Source: Acidimicrobiales bacterium (GTDB taxonomy: Bacteria; Actinomycetota; Acidimicrobiia; Acidimicrobiales; Aldehydirespiratoraceae). From it: a DNA stretch of 64,000 nucleotides. Positions within the stretch are counted from its first letter, which is position 1; every line of letters begins with the position of its first letter. The notes beneath the pieces are model-generated. The model saw only the letters and a program-made list of their open reading frames with translations, searched no databases and was not told the DNA's origin. Below, one piece after another: positions 9,452 through 17,817 of the stretch. A program made the translations under genes and the position numbers. The DNA lies in the NCBI GenBank assembly GCA_965116665.1, contig OZ220709.1:2132062-2196061 (forward strand), given 5' to 3'.

Positions 9452-9510
9452 AATCGGCGCTAGAACACCCTCGATGACCTCCCCGAACGTAACTGTGTGA
9501 CAACTCACCA
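9452..9510 (+). repeat. Left copy of an imperfect direct repeat (partner at 12540-12613)
   Basis: AATCGGCGCTAGAACACCCTCGATGACCTCCCCGAACG..AACTGTGTGACAACTCACCA matches the leader of the crotonase gene, apart from a 19-nt gap and a few substitutions. Confidence 0.8.
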
Positions 9511-9572
9511 GATACAGAAATAGGCGCTGCGCGAATTCGTGGGATGTGAGGTTGCTGGCACCGGTGGGGTGA

Positions 9573-10284
9573 TTATGTCACGAGGAGGCCGCGGGCTTCG
9601 AAGTTGTCGGGGTTGGTGAAGCCGTGGGCGGTGCGCCTGAGGACTTGCAGCAGGTTGTTGGTGCCTTTGATTCTGCCGTTTGAGGGGCGGCCTGCGTGGT
9701 GCCATGCGAGGATCTCGTCTGACCAGGCGATGAAGGTGTCGACGATGTCGTGGAACTCGGGCAGCTCGCCGGTCTCGTAGAGGTCGCGGAACCGTCCGAG
9801 GGCGCCGTGGTGGTCGCCGGCGGGGCAGAGGCCGTGCAGCTCCTGGAGGGCGGCGCCGCTCGGCGACGATCCCGGCGAAGGCCCGCACCAAGGCGTTGAT
9901 CTTGTGCCAGCCGACACCGCGCCGGCGCGCCGCGGCGCGCAGCGTCATCACCTTGGCGTCCGCCACCAGAGCCCGCGCCAGCCGCGCCGTCAGCGCGCCC
10001 TCGAACGCGCAATGGTCCCCCAAGAACCGGCTGCCGCAACTGTCACAGACCATCCGCCGCCGCACCCACAACAGCGTCGTGCGCCGACCCGACACCTCCA
10101 GATCGGTGACCTTCTTGTCGCGGCGGTCATGGACCCTGTGACAGCGGAACCCACACATCGCGCACCGCAGCCGCCTCAGCGTCGACTCGACCGCCACCAC
10201 AGGGCGCGCCGCGGTGTCCTCGACCACCCCCAACACCCGAATCTGCCGCAGATGAAGCCGCACCGACACAACATCGCTGGCCAT
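9573..10284 (-). mobile_element. ISL3-family transposase remnant (internal deletion/frameshift; DDE core missing)
   Basis: N-terminal zinc-finger/HTH part: CAMCGFRC..VCDSCGSRF, LTARLARALVADAKVMTLRAAARRRGVGWHKINALV. It is joined out of frame to the C-terminal part: ..FIAWSDEILAWHHAGRPSNGRIKGTNNLLQVLRRTAHGFTNPDNFEARGLL. About 200 aa of catalytic core is absent. Confidence 0.75.
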
Positions 10285-10497
10285 CGAGGCCCTCCTGGAT
10301 CAGTGGATCTGACAATCACCGATCCCAGCAGGGCCTCGACCCCTCAACGGGGACCCTCAACCACCCCGCTCCCCACGTTCACGCGCAGGCTCGACAACTC
10401 ACCAACCAACAGCAATTCGCGACTGGGGTCGGTGGCAGCCCGCCGGGGCTGCGTAGTAGATTGTTCGTACTGCCCCTATCGCTTCGCCGGTAGGGTC

Positions 10498-10523
10498 GAG
10501 ACCGCCCTTCGAAGGGCGGTCTC
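10498..10523 (+). terminator. Perfect 10-bp stem hairpin, possible orphan intrinsic terminator
   Basis: GAGACCGCCC-TTCGAA-GGGCGGTCTC followed by TGTCTTTGG. There is no convincing upstream plus-strand gene, so its function is unclear. Confidence 0.3.
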
Positions 10524-10732
10524 TGTCTTTGGAGGTGCGGCATTGATCGCGAGAGAATGAGAACGAGAGCAGATCAGGATAGTGGTGGTCCTCGTAGACG
10601 TTGAGAGCATGTTCAAAGTCGCAGTTGAACAGCGTGGAGTAGACTGAGCAACAGCTTCCGAGGGTCGAGCCCTAGGCGCTGGTAGCGGGTCGCTACGTCT
10701 CTCAGTTGAGGCACGGTTGGACGGTCGAGCCC

Positions 10733-11275
10733 CTACGCGCTTGTAGCGGGTTGCGAGGATGCCTGCTCTGAAATGTTGGTCTCGAAGCGCTGCACGAGGT
10801 CACGGTATATGTCCTCCGATTCTTGGAGTCTGGTCCCCAGGTCCGCTAGCAGACACCTTGCCTCGCGCTGCTCTTCCGCGTATTTCGCGCCTACGGGTAG
10901 GTGTAGCAACATCGCTGCGAACAAGGAGCCGGGCATCTCCTCGCTCTCTTGGTGGGCTCTGCGGGTGTTGGTGGTCAGCGGGATGCGCTCGTTGTCGAAC
11001 ACGGCGGTCACCTCGAGGTGGCCACCCATTCCTTCGACCGCCATCCGCAGAGTCGACACCAGGTTGTCGGCGGCGGTCTCCATTGCCGACACGGACGCCT
11101 GGGCGCGTTCAAGGCGCCGAGCCAACTCGGTCTGGGTGAGATTGCGGTGCTGGCGCAGTTCCTTGAGGGTGTAGGCCACCGTCTCGGCGCGGGCTTCTTC
11201 CTTGAGAGCCTCAACCCGGGCGCGCTGCTCAGGGGTCAAGTCGCCGACGAGTTCATCGAAGTCGTAGTAGGTCAT
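10733..11275 (-). CDS. XRE-family HTH antitoxin-like protein with an extended C-terminal domain (HigA-like)
   Basis: 180 aa. HTH motif: LKELRQHRNLTQTELARRLERAQASVSAMET. Located 50 nt downstream of a RelE/HigB-like toxin ORF on the same strand. Confidence 0.7.
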   Translation of the reverse strand: MTYYDFDELVGDLTPEQRARVEALKEEARAETVAYTLKELRQHRNLTQTELARRLERAQASVSAMETAADNLVSTLRMAVEGMGGHLEVTAVFDNERIPLTTNTRRAHQESEEMPGSLFAAMLLHLPVGAKYAEEQREARCLLADLGTRLQESEDIYRDLVQRFETNISEQASSQPATSA

Positions 11276-11324
11276 GTGAGGGGTCTCCTGTGGTGGGTTG
11301 AGGGGCGCATCGTGGGGCTGCTGG

Positions 11325-11696
11325 CTACGGGTCTGGGAGTTCGCCTTGGGATCGGAGATCGGCCAAGTACTGCTCGTACAGGCGCTCTGCTTTCGGGATG
11401 GCGCTCCGGTACCAGTCGTTCCATTGTCGGGCTTTGCTGCCTCCGAACAACAGGATCGCCTGCCGGAGTGGGTCGAACATGAACAGGATGCGCAGGTCCC
11501 TGCCCGCGCCGCGGGGTCTGAGTTCCTTCATGTTCTGATATCGGGAGTTGTGGATCCGTTCGACGATGGGACGCCCCTGCGTCGGGCCGCCTTCGCGTAG
11601 CAGATCTAGGGCTGCGATGAACGAGAGCCTCTCTTCTTCGTTGAGCGACTCCTGCCATGACTTCACCTGGGCTGTCGCCTTGATCTCCCACGCCAC
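11325..11696 (-). CDS. RelE/ParE-superfamily toxin (HigB / Gp49-like)
   Basis: WEIKATAQVKSWQESL..GGPTQGRPIVERIHNSRYQNMKELRPRGAGRDLRILFMFDPLRQAILLFGGSKA matches the Gp49/HigB-type pattern. The likely start is GTG at 11696; the ORF track extends to 11816. Confidence 0.7.
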   Translation of the reverse strand: MAWEIKATAQVKSWQESLNEEERLSFIAALDLLREGGPTQGRPIVERIHNSRYQNMKELRPRGAGRDLRILFMFDPLRQAILLFGGSKARQWNDWYRSAIPKAERLYEQYLADLRSQGELPDP

Positions 11697-11838
11697 CAAC
11701 CCAGTATAGGGTTGACTTGATATAGGTGCTACTTGTGCCAATGGCCGGTCACGGCCCGTTGCGCTATACGGCCGCGACTGGCATGGCGAAGCACACTCTG
11801 TGTGAAAGCTCACCAACCATCAGTCGTCGCGATTCGCG

Positions 11839-12255
11839 CTATGCGTGGACGATGAAGGCTTGACGGCGGTCGCGGCCGAACCGGTAGATCGAGTAGTCCC
11901 GGTCGAACGAGATCGCCCCGTGCACGCCGAGGCGCTGCATGATCGACCAACTCGTGCGATCGACGATCGAGAACTGCTGGTCCGCGAACGCGTCGTGGGT
12001 CTGCGCGGCGATCTCGAGATCGGCGATCGTGGCGGCCTCGACGCGGGCCCTGCCGGCGCGGATCGCGGTGACCAGTGTCTCGGCGACATCGACGCCGAGA
12101 CGGCTCGCGGCCAGGAACCACGTCTCGACGAGCACGTGGTCGCTCGTCAGCAGATCGCCGGAGAACTCGCTGAGCCGCTCGACGGCTCGGCGGTGATGGG
12201 CGTCGCTGAGGTCGGCCGCCGCGTACCACGCAGACGTGTCGACGAAGACGCTCAC
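11839..12255 (-). CDS. vapC: PIN-domain ribonuclease toxin VapC
   Basis: 138 aa. Motifs: VFVDTSAWYA (first acidic residue), SDHVLVETW, FSIVDRTSWSIM, AISFDRDY. There is a 4-nt overlap with the upstream RHH antitoxin. Confidence 0.85.
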   Translation of the reverse strand: MSVFVDTSAWYAAADLSDAHHRRAVERLSEFSGDLLTSDHVLVETWFLAASRLGVDVAETLVTAIRAGRARVEAATIADLEIAAQTHDAFADQQFSIVDRTSWSIMQRLGVHGAISFDRDYSIYRFGRDRRQAFIVHA

Positions 12256-12494
12256 CGCGGCGCAGCTAGCGCGGAAATCGCCTCGGCCGTGGCCCTCTTG
12301 CGATCGACGGCGATGTCGCTGCCGCCGGAGTCTCCGATGCCGAAGATGTCAGAGATGTCGGAGCTGGGGCCCGTCCGCGCGAGGTCGCGCTCGACGAGGC
12401 GGCGGATGTACTCGGCCATGCTGATGCCCAGATCGGCGGCCTTGCGCTTGATGAGCGCATGCTGTTCGGACTCGAGATCTATCTGTGTGCGCAT
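12252..12494 (-). CDS. vapB: Ribbon-helix-helix (CopG/VapB-type) antitoxin
   Basis: 80 aa. N-terminal MRTQIDLESEQHALIKRKAADLGISMAEYIRRLVERDL is a typical RHH fold pattern. Overlaps the vapC start. Confidence 0.8.
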   Translation of the reverse strand: MRTQIDLESEQHALIKRKAADLGISMAEYIRRLVERDLARTGPSSDISDIFGIGDSGGSDIAVDRKRATAEAISALAAPR

Positions 12495-12539
12495 GATGCT
12501 ACATCATAGCATCATGCGACGGGGGCGCTGCACCCGTAG

Positions 12540-12613
12540 AATCGGCTCTGGAACACCCTCGATGACCTAGCCGAACGATGACCTCGCCAGACGCAACCGT
12601 GTAACAACTCACC
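12540..12613 (+). repeat. Right copy of the imperfect direct repeat (partner at 9452-9510); native leader of the crotonase gene
   Basis: AATCGGCTCTGGAACACCCTCGATGACCTAGCCGAACG(+19 nt)AACCGTGTAACAACTCACCA lies immediately before ATG 12614. Confidence 0.8.
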
Positions 12614-13396
12614 ATGACCAGTCCCTTCAGAACCGAGGTCAGCGACGGCATCGCCGAACTCGAGCTTTGCAACCCGCCGGTGAACGCGTTCGGCGTCGAC
12701 GCCCAGTTCGCACTGGCCGCGGAGATAGAGGCCCTCGGGCGGCGCGACGACGTGCGGGTGATCATCATCGCGGCCGTGGGCAAGGGCTTCTTCGCCGGGC
12801 TCGACATCAAGGAGATGGCCGCCGATCCGAGCCGCATCGTCGGTGCCAACCGGGCCAACTACGACACCTTCGCCGCCATTCACCTGAACCCGAAGCCCGT
12901 CATCGCCGCCGTGCACGGCTATGTGCTGGGGGGTGGCATCGGCATCGCGGGCGCGGCCGACGTGGTGGTGGCCGCCGACGACGCCTACTTCGGCGTGCCC
13001 GAGATCGACCGGGGCGGCATGGGCATGGGGGCCCATCTGCAGCGCATGTTCAGCCTGCAGAAGGTGCGCTACATGTACTTCACCGGCGACACCATCGACG
13101 CGGCCGAGGCATACCGGCTCGGGGCGGTGGAGCGGGTCGTGCAGCGGGCCGAGCTGCGGGCCACCGCCCGCGAGATCGCAGGCCGCATCGCCTCCAAGTC
13201 GCCCCAGATGATCCGCATCGCCAAGCGGTCCCTCAACGGAGTCGAGGACGGCAGCCTCGAGGACAAGTACCGCTGGGAGCAGGGCTTCACCTTCGAGGCC
13301 TACCTTATGAGCGACTCCGCCGAGGCCCGGGAGTCCTTCGCGGAGGGCCGTGACCCTAGATTCGACACGCCGGGCCCCCCGGGAGGGGCCGGTTAG
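12614..13396 (+). CDS. Enoyl-CoA hydratase/isomerase (crotonase) family protein
   Basis: 260 aa. Crotonase signatures: NPPVNAF, FFAGLDIKEM, PVIAAVHGYVLGGGIGIAGAADVVVAADDAYFGVPEIDRG. Confidence 0.9.
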   Translation: MTSPFRTEVSDGIAELELCNPPVNAFGVDAQFALAAEIEALGRRDDVRVIIIAAVGKGFFAGLDIKEMAADPSRIVGANRANYDTFAAIHLNPKPVIAAVHGYVLGGGIGIAGAADVVVAADDAYFGVPEIDRGGMGMGAHLQRMFSLQKVRYMYFTGDTIDAAEAYRLGAVERVVQRAELRATAREIAGRIASKSPQMIRIAKRSLNGVEDGSLEDKYRWEQGFTFEAYLMSDSAEARESFAEGRDPRFDTPGPPGGAG

Positions 13397-13403
13397 GAGG
13401 ACC

Positions 13404-14258
13404 GTGACCAGCACCAACATCGTGCAGCACTTCGAGGGCGTGCGGCTGTCGGGCATGAGGCTGTCCTCGCTCGTGGTGGTCCCCAGCGGCCGCAAGGTCG
13501 CCAGCGTCGTGGCGGCCATGGCCGCCCAGCACACGGGGTGCGCGGTGGTGACCGAGGGCGCCCGGCTGGCCGGCATCTTCACCGAGAGGGACGTCACCAA
13601 GCACGTAGTGCGCTCGCCCGACGTGTGGGGCGCGGCAGTCGACGACTTCATGACGGCCGACCCGGTCGTGATCGACCACGACGCGTCCGCCATCGACGCA
13701 CTGAGGAAGATGAACAGCCGCCGGTTCCGCAACCTGCCCGTGACCGGCGCCGACGGCGACCTGCTGGGCAGCGTCACCCACTACGACCTCATCCGGCTGG
13801 CGGCATCGTTCCTGGGGTCGCGGAGCAAGCTGAGCCCGGACCTGTCCCCCGAGCACAACCTGCACTTCGTGGACCTCACCGGGCTGCCGGCCCGCGATCC
13901 CCTGCTGGTGCTGTCCGGCGATTCCCTCGGCTCGGCCATCGACGAAATGACTGCCGCCGAGACCGGACTGGCGTCGGTCGTGAACCGCCGAGGGACGGTG
14001 ATAGGCGAGCTGACCGAGCACGACGTGTTCTTGAAGATCGCCTGCCGGGTCGAGGACCTCGACAGCGAGTCGGTCGGCGACTGGATGAACGAGCAGATCG
14101 CCGCGGCCGCGCCCGCCACGCCGATCAGCGAGGCGCTGCTCACCATGGCCGGACTGGGCCACCGCTATCTGGTGCTCATCAATGAGGTCGGCCGCGCTCT
14201 GGGCGTGGTGACGTTCCGGGAGATCACCGAGTACTTCGAGGTCGTGTGCGCGTCCTGA
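13404..14258 (+). CDS. CBS-domain protein (two Bateman modules)
   Basis: Four CBS-like units (..GIFTERDV.., ..LLGSVTHYDLI.., ..VIGELTEHDVF.., ..ALGVVTFREI..). AGGAGG at 13395-13400 precedes GTG 13404; the ORF track start at 13350 overlaps the upstream gene. Confidence 0.8.
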   Translation: MTSTNIVQHFEGVRLSGMRLSSLVVVPSGRKVASVVAAMAAQHTGCAVVTEGARLAGIFTERDVTKHVVRSPDVWGAAVDDFMTADPVVIDHDASAIDALRKMNSRRFRNLPVTGADGDLLGSVTHYDLIRLAASFLGSRSKLSPDLSPEHNLHFVDLTGLPARDPLLVLSGDSLGSAIDEMTAAETGLASVVNRRGTVIGELTEHDVFLKIACRVEDLDSESVGDWMNEQIAAAAPATPISEALLTMAGLGHRYLVLINEVGRALGVVTFREITEYFEVVCAS

Positions 14259-14354
14259 CCGGCGTGTAGCCGGCGCGCGCCACCGTCTAGGGTTCAGCCG
14301 GGGCCGCCAGCCGACGGCCCCGACCCGCCTGAAGCGACGAAGGGAGCCAAGCAA

Positions 14355-15719
14355 ATGGCCGACGACTACTACCGAGTGATGCTTCCGGAATCCGAGATGC
14401 CGACCCAGTGGTACAACGTGATCCCCGACCTGCCCGCGCCCCCGCCCCCGCCGCTGCACCCCGGCACCCTGGAGCCGGCCGGGCCCGACGACCTGGCCCC
14501 GCTGTTCCCTATGGGGCTGATCCTCCAGGAGGTGGCCGGCGACTCCTTCATCGACATCCCCGGCGGGGTGATCGACGTGCTGCGCCTGTGGCGCCCGAGC
14601 CCGCTGTTCAGGGCTCGCCGCCTGGAGAAGGCACTCGACACGCCGGCCAAGATCTTCTACAAGTACGAGGGTGTGAGCCCGGCCGGCTCCCACAAGCCCA
14701 ACACGGCCGTGCCCCAGGCGTACTACAACCACGTCGAGGGCGTCACCAAGCTCACCACCGAGACCGGCGCGGGCCAGTGGGGAAGCGCCCTGGCCTTCGC
14801 CTGCGCCCAGTACGACATGGAGTGCGAGGTCTGGCAGGTGGCCGCGTCGTACCGCCAGAAGCCCTACCGCAAGACGATGATGGAGGTGTGGGGGGCCACC
14901 GTTCATCCCAGCCCCTCGGAGGTCACCGAGTACGGCCGCGGCCTGCTGGCCGCCGACCCCGACCATCCCGGCTCGCTGGGAATCGCGATCTCTGAGGCCA
15001 TCTCGGTGGCGGCCGCCGACCCGGCGGTCCGCTACTCGCTGGGCAGCGTTCTCAACCACGTGATCCTGCACCAGACCATCATCGGCGAGGAGGCCCTGCG
15101 CCAGCTGGCCATGGTGGGGGAGACCCCCGACCTACTGGTGGGCTGCACCGGCGGCGGATCCAACTTCGGCGGGCTGGCCATGCCGTTCCTGCGCGAGAAG
15201 CTGGCCGGCAACATGGCGCCGACCATCCGCTGCGTGGAGCCCGCCGCGTGCCCGTCGCTGACCCGGGGCGAGTACCGCTACGACTTCGGCGACACCGCCT
15301 GCACCACGCCGCTGCTGAAGATGCACACCCTGGGGTCGGCGTTCATACCCGAGCCGATCCACGCCGGCGGCCTGCGCTACCACGGCATGTCGCCGCTGAT
15401 CTCCCACGTCTACGAGCTCGGCCTCACCGAGGCGGTCGCCATCGGTCAGATGGAGTGCTTCGCGGCGGCCCTGCAGTTCGCCCGCACCGAGGGGATCGTT
15501 CCCGCGCCCGAGCCGACCCACGCCCTGGCCGCGGCGATCCGCGAGGCGCAGGCCTGCAAGGAGTCGGGCGAGTCGAAGACCATCCTCACCGCGCTCTGCG
15601 GCCACGGCCATCTCGATCTGGCCGCCTACGAGGACTACATCGCGGGCGCCATGGCCGACCTCGACCTGTCCGACGAGGCCCTGGCGGAGTCAATGCAGGC
15701 CATCCCAGCGCTGGCCTGA
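14355..15719 (+). CDS. TrpB-like PLP-dependent enzyme (tryptophan synthase beta, TrpB2 type)
   Basis: 454 aa. N-terminal PTQWYN..DLP.P..PPLHP extension typical of TrpB2. Motifs: [17 protein letters not shown] (PLP lysine), [11 protein letters not shown]. Confidence 0.85.
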   Translation: MADDYYRVMLPESEMPTQWYNVIPDLPAPPPPPLHPGTLEPAGPDDLAPLFPMGLILQEVAGDSFIDIPGGVIDVLRLWRPSPLFRARRLEKALDTPAKIFYKYEGVSPAGSHKPNTAVPQAYYNHVEGVTKLTTETGAGQWGSALAFACAQYDMECEVWQVAASYRQKPYRKTMMEVWGATVHPSPSEVTEYGRGLLAADPDHPGSLGIAISEAISVAAADPAVRYSLGSVLNHVILHQTIIGEEALRQLAMVGETPDLLVGCTGGGSNFGGLAMPFLREKLAGNMAPTIRCVEPAACPSLTRGEYRYDFGDTACTTPLLKMHTLGSAFIPEPIHAGGLRYHGMSPLISHVYELGLTEAVAIGQMECFAAALQFARTEGIVPAPEPTHALAAAIREAQACKESGESKTILTALCGHGHLDLAAYEDYIAGAMADLDLSDEALAESMQAIPALA

Positions 15720-15729
15720 GACCCGGCCG

Positions 15730-16095
15730 ATGGGTGACGCGCCGGGGGCACCGCCGGTGTCGCGAATCGAAGTGGGCGCTGCTCAGACGCGGGTGCGCGT
15801 GAGCGTGGCCGGCGTGACGGTGGCAGACTCGCAGTCAGCCAAGGTGCTGACGGAGGGCTCGCTGCCGCCCCGCTACTACCTTCCCCCGGCTGACGTCCGC
15901 ATGGACCTGCTGGCTCGTACCGACACGTCCACGCGCTGTCCCTACAAGGGTGTCGCCGAGTACTGGTCCCTCACCGTGGCGGGGGAGACGCACGACGACA
16001 TCGTGTGGTCCTATCCACATCCTGTGCCCGAGGCTGCCGGCATCGCAGGCCTGCTCTGCTTCTACAACGAGCGTGTAGCCATCGAAGAGGGGTAG
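15730..16095 (+). CDS. DUF427 domain protein
   Basis: 121 aa. Motifs: PPRYYLPPADVRMDLL..S.T.T.CPYKGVAEYWS..VWSYPHP....IAGLLCFYNERV. Confidence 0.75.
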   Translation: MGDAPGAPPVSRIEVGAAQTRVRVSVAGVTVADSQSAKVLTEGSLPPRYYLPPADVRMDLLARTDTSTRCPYKGVAEYWSLTVAGETHDDIVWSYPHPVPEAAGIAGLLCFYNERVAIEEG

Positions 16096-16108
16096 GCGCA
16101 GGGACCGG

Positions 16109-17485
16109 TCAGATCTGCTGGAGAGCCTTGGTGATGTTGACCACGGCCTCGCGGCCGTCGCCGAAGAGCATCATCGAGTTGTCCGCCGCGAACAGGGGAT
16201 TGGGGATGCCCGCGAACCCGGGGCTCAGGCTCCGCTTGATCACCACCACGACGCCGCTCTTGTCGACGTCGAGGATCGGCATCCCCGCGATGGGGCTGGA
16301 CGGGTCGGTGCGGGCGATGGGGTTCACCACGTCGTTGGCGCCCAGCACGATGGTCACGTCGGTCTGCTCGAACGTGGGGTTGATGTCGTCCATCTCGATC
16401 AGCTTCTCGTAGCTGATCTCGGCCTCGGCCAGCAGCACGTTCATGTGGCCGGGCATGCGACCGGCCACGGGATGGATCCCGAACACCACCTCGGTGCCCC
16501 GTTCCTCCAGGCGCCGGGCCAGGTCGCGCACCGCATGCTGGGCCTGGGCCACCGCCAGCCCGTAGCCGGGAACGACGGCGACCCGCTCGGCCGACTCGAG
16601 CAGCATGGCCACGTCGTCGGCCGAGGTCGAGCGGACCTTGCCCGCATACACGTCGTCGGCGCTGGGGCCGCCCGCACCCGAGGGCGCGGGACTGAACATC
16701 ACCGCCGGCAGCGACCGGTTCATGGCGACGCACATGATCTGGGTGAGGATCAGGCCGCTGGCGCCCACCAGCGAGCCGGCGATGATCAGCAGCGAGTTGT
16801 CGAGCACGAAGCCGGCTGCGACGGCCGCCATGCCCGACAGCGAGTTGAGCAGCGCGATCACCACCGGCATGTCGGCCCCGCCGATGGGCGACACCACGAG
16901 CACGCCGAGCAGGGCCCCGTCGGCCACAAGCAGCCACAGCCACAGCGGGTTGCTCGCGTCCACGACCATCAGGATCCCGAACACCACCGCCGCTGCCGCG
17001 CCGGTGACGCTCACGATCCTCATCCCCGGGAATCCGGACCAGCGCAGGGACTCCTGGAGCTTGCCGAAGGCGATCAGGCTGCCGGTGAACGTCAGCGCGC
17101 CGATCAGCGAGGCCAGCGCGGCCGCGGCCGAGAGCCGGGCCGAGGCGGTGTCGAGGTCTGCGGCCTCTAGGTACGTCGCGGCCGCCACCAGGACCGACGC
17201 GCCGCCCCCGAAACCGTTGAACAGGGCCACCAGTTCCGGCATGGCCGTCATCTGCACCCGAACGGCCAGCAGCGCCCCGACAGCCGCTCCCAGGACCAGC
17301 CCGCCGACGATCCACTCGAAGCTCAGAATCGACTTGTCGGCGAGGGTGACCACCACCGCGATGAGCATGCCGGTCGCACCGAACTGGTTGCCCCGGACCG
17401 CGGTGCGGGGGCGGCTCAGCCGCTTGAGGCCGAGGATGAACAGCACCGCCGCGGCGAGATAGCCGAGCGTGGTCCAGTCGTCCAT
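16109..17485 (-). CDS. pntB: NAD(P) transhydrogenase subunit beta
   Basis: Starts MDDWTTLGYLAAAVLFILGLKRLS. The C-terminal dIII domain has YGLAVAQAQH, GIHPVAGRMPGHMNVLLAEA and VLGANDVVNP. The track ORF (to 18025) is over-extended. The ATG at 17485 overlaps the pntAB stop. Confidence 0.9.
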   Translation of the reverse strand: MDDWTTLGYLAAAVLFILGLKRLSRPRTAVRGNQFGATGMLIAVVVTLADKSILSFEWIVGGLVLGAAVGALLAVRVQMTAMPELVALFNGFGGGASVLVAAATYLEAADLDTASARLSAAAALASLIGALTFTGSLIAFGKLQESLRWSGFPGMRIVSVTGAAAAVVFGILMVVDASNPLWLWLLVADGALLGVLVVSPIGGADMPVVIALLNSLSGMAAVAAGFVLDNSLLIIAGSLVGASGLILTQIMCVAMNRSLPAVMFSPAPSGAGGPSADDVYAGKVRSTSADDVAMLLESAERVAVVPGYGLAVAQAQHAVRDLARRLEERGTEVVFGIHPVAGRMPGHMNVLLAEAEISYEKLIEMDDINPTFEQTDVTIVLGANDVVNPIARTDPSSPIAGMPILDVDKSGVVVVIKRSLSPGFAGIPNPLFAADNSMMLFGDGREAVVNITKALQQI

Positions 17486-17814
17486 CACGACTCGCCCGCT
17501 ACTTCGCCTCGACCGTCGCCGGAGGGCGCGTCCCGGCGGCGCTTGGGGCGGAACATGTGCAGCATCCGGTGGGTGACCAGGAAGCCGCCCACCACATTGA
17601 TCATCGCCAGTGTCACCGCCGCGAACCCGAGCACGGTCGTGAACGTGCGGTGATCGGCGCCCGCAGCCACCAGCGCGCCCACGATCGTGATGCCCGAGAT
17701 GGCGTTCGAGCCCGACATGAGGGGTGTGTGCAGCGTCGGGGGCACCTTGGTTATCAGCTCGACCCCGAGGAACACGGCCATCACGAACAGCGTGACGGCA
17801 ACCAGAAGATCCAT
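17485..17814 (-). CDS. pntAB: NAD(P) transhydrogenase subunit alpha part 2
   Basis: 109-aa membrane protein. Motifs: LHTPLMSGSNAISGI.VVG and NVVGGFLVT.RML.MF. Confidence 0.85.
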   Translation of the reverse strand: MDLLVAVTLFVMAVFLGVELITKVPPTLHTPLMSGSNAISGITIVGALVAAGADHRTFTTVLGFAAVTLAMINVVGGFLVTHRMLHMFRPKRRRDAPSGDGRGEVAGES

Positions 17815-17817
17815 GGT

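Noticed and set aside
9904-10560. 218-aa plus-strand ORF
   Set aside because: It is antisense to the ISL3 transposase remnant and is proline/arginine-rich with no motifs.
10663-10750. Two ~28-nt imperfect direct repeats (GGTCGAGCCC(C)TA.GCGCT.GTAGCGGGT)
   Set aside because: They are short and imperfect, and one overlaps the 3' end of the antitoxin gene. I could not attach a function to them or exclude chance.
12512-15071. Long minus-strand ORFs (421 aa and 571 aa)
   Set aside because: They are antisense to clearly recognisable crotonase, CBS and TrpB2 genes. Their R/G/P/H-rich composition is typical of non-coding frames in high-GC DNA.
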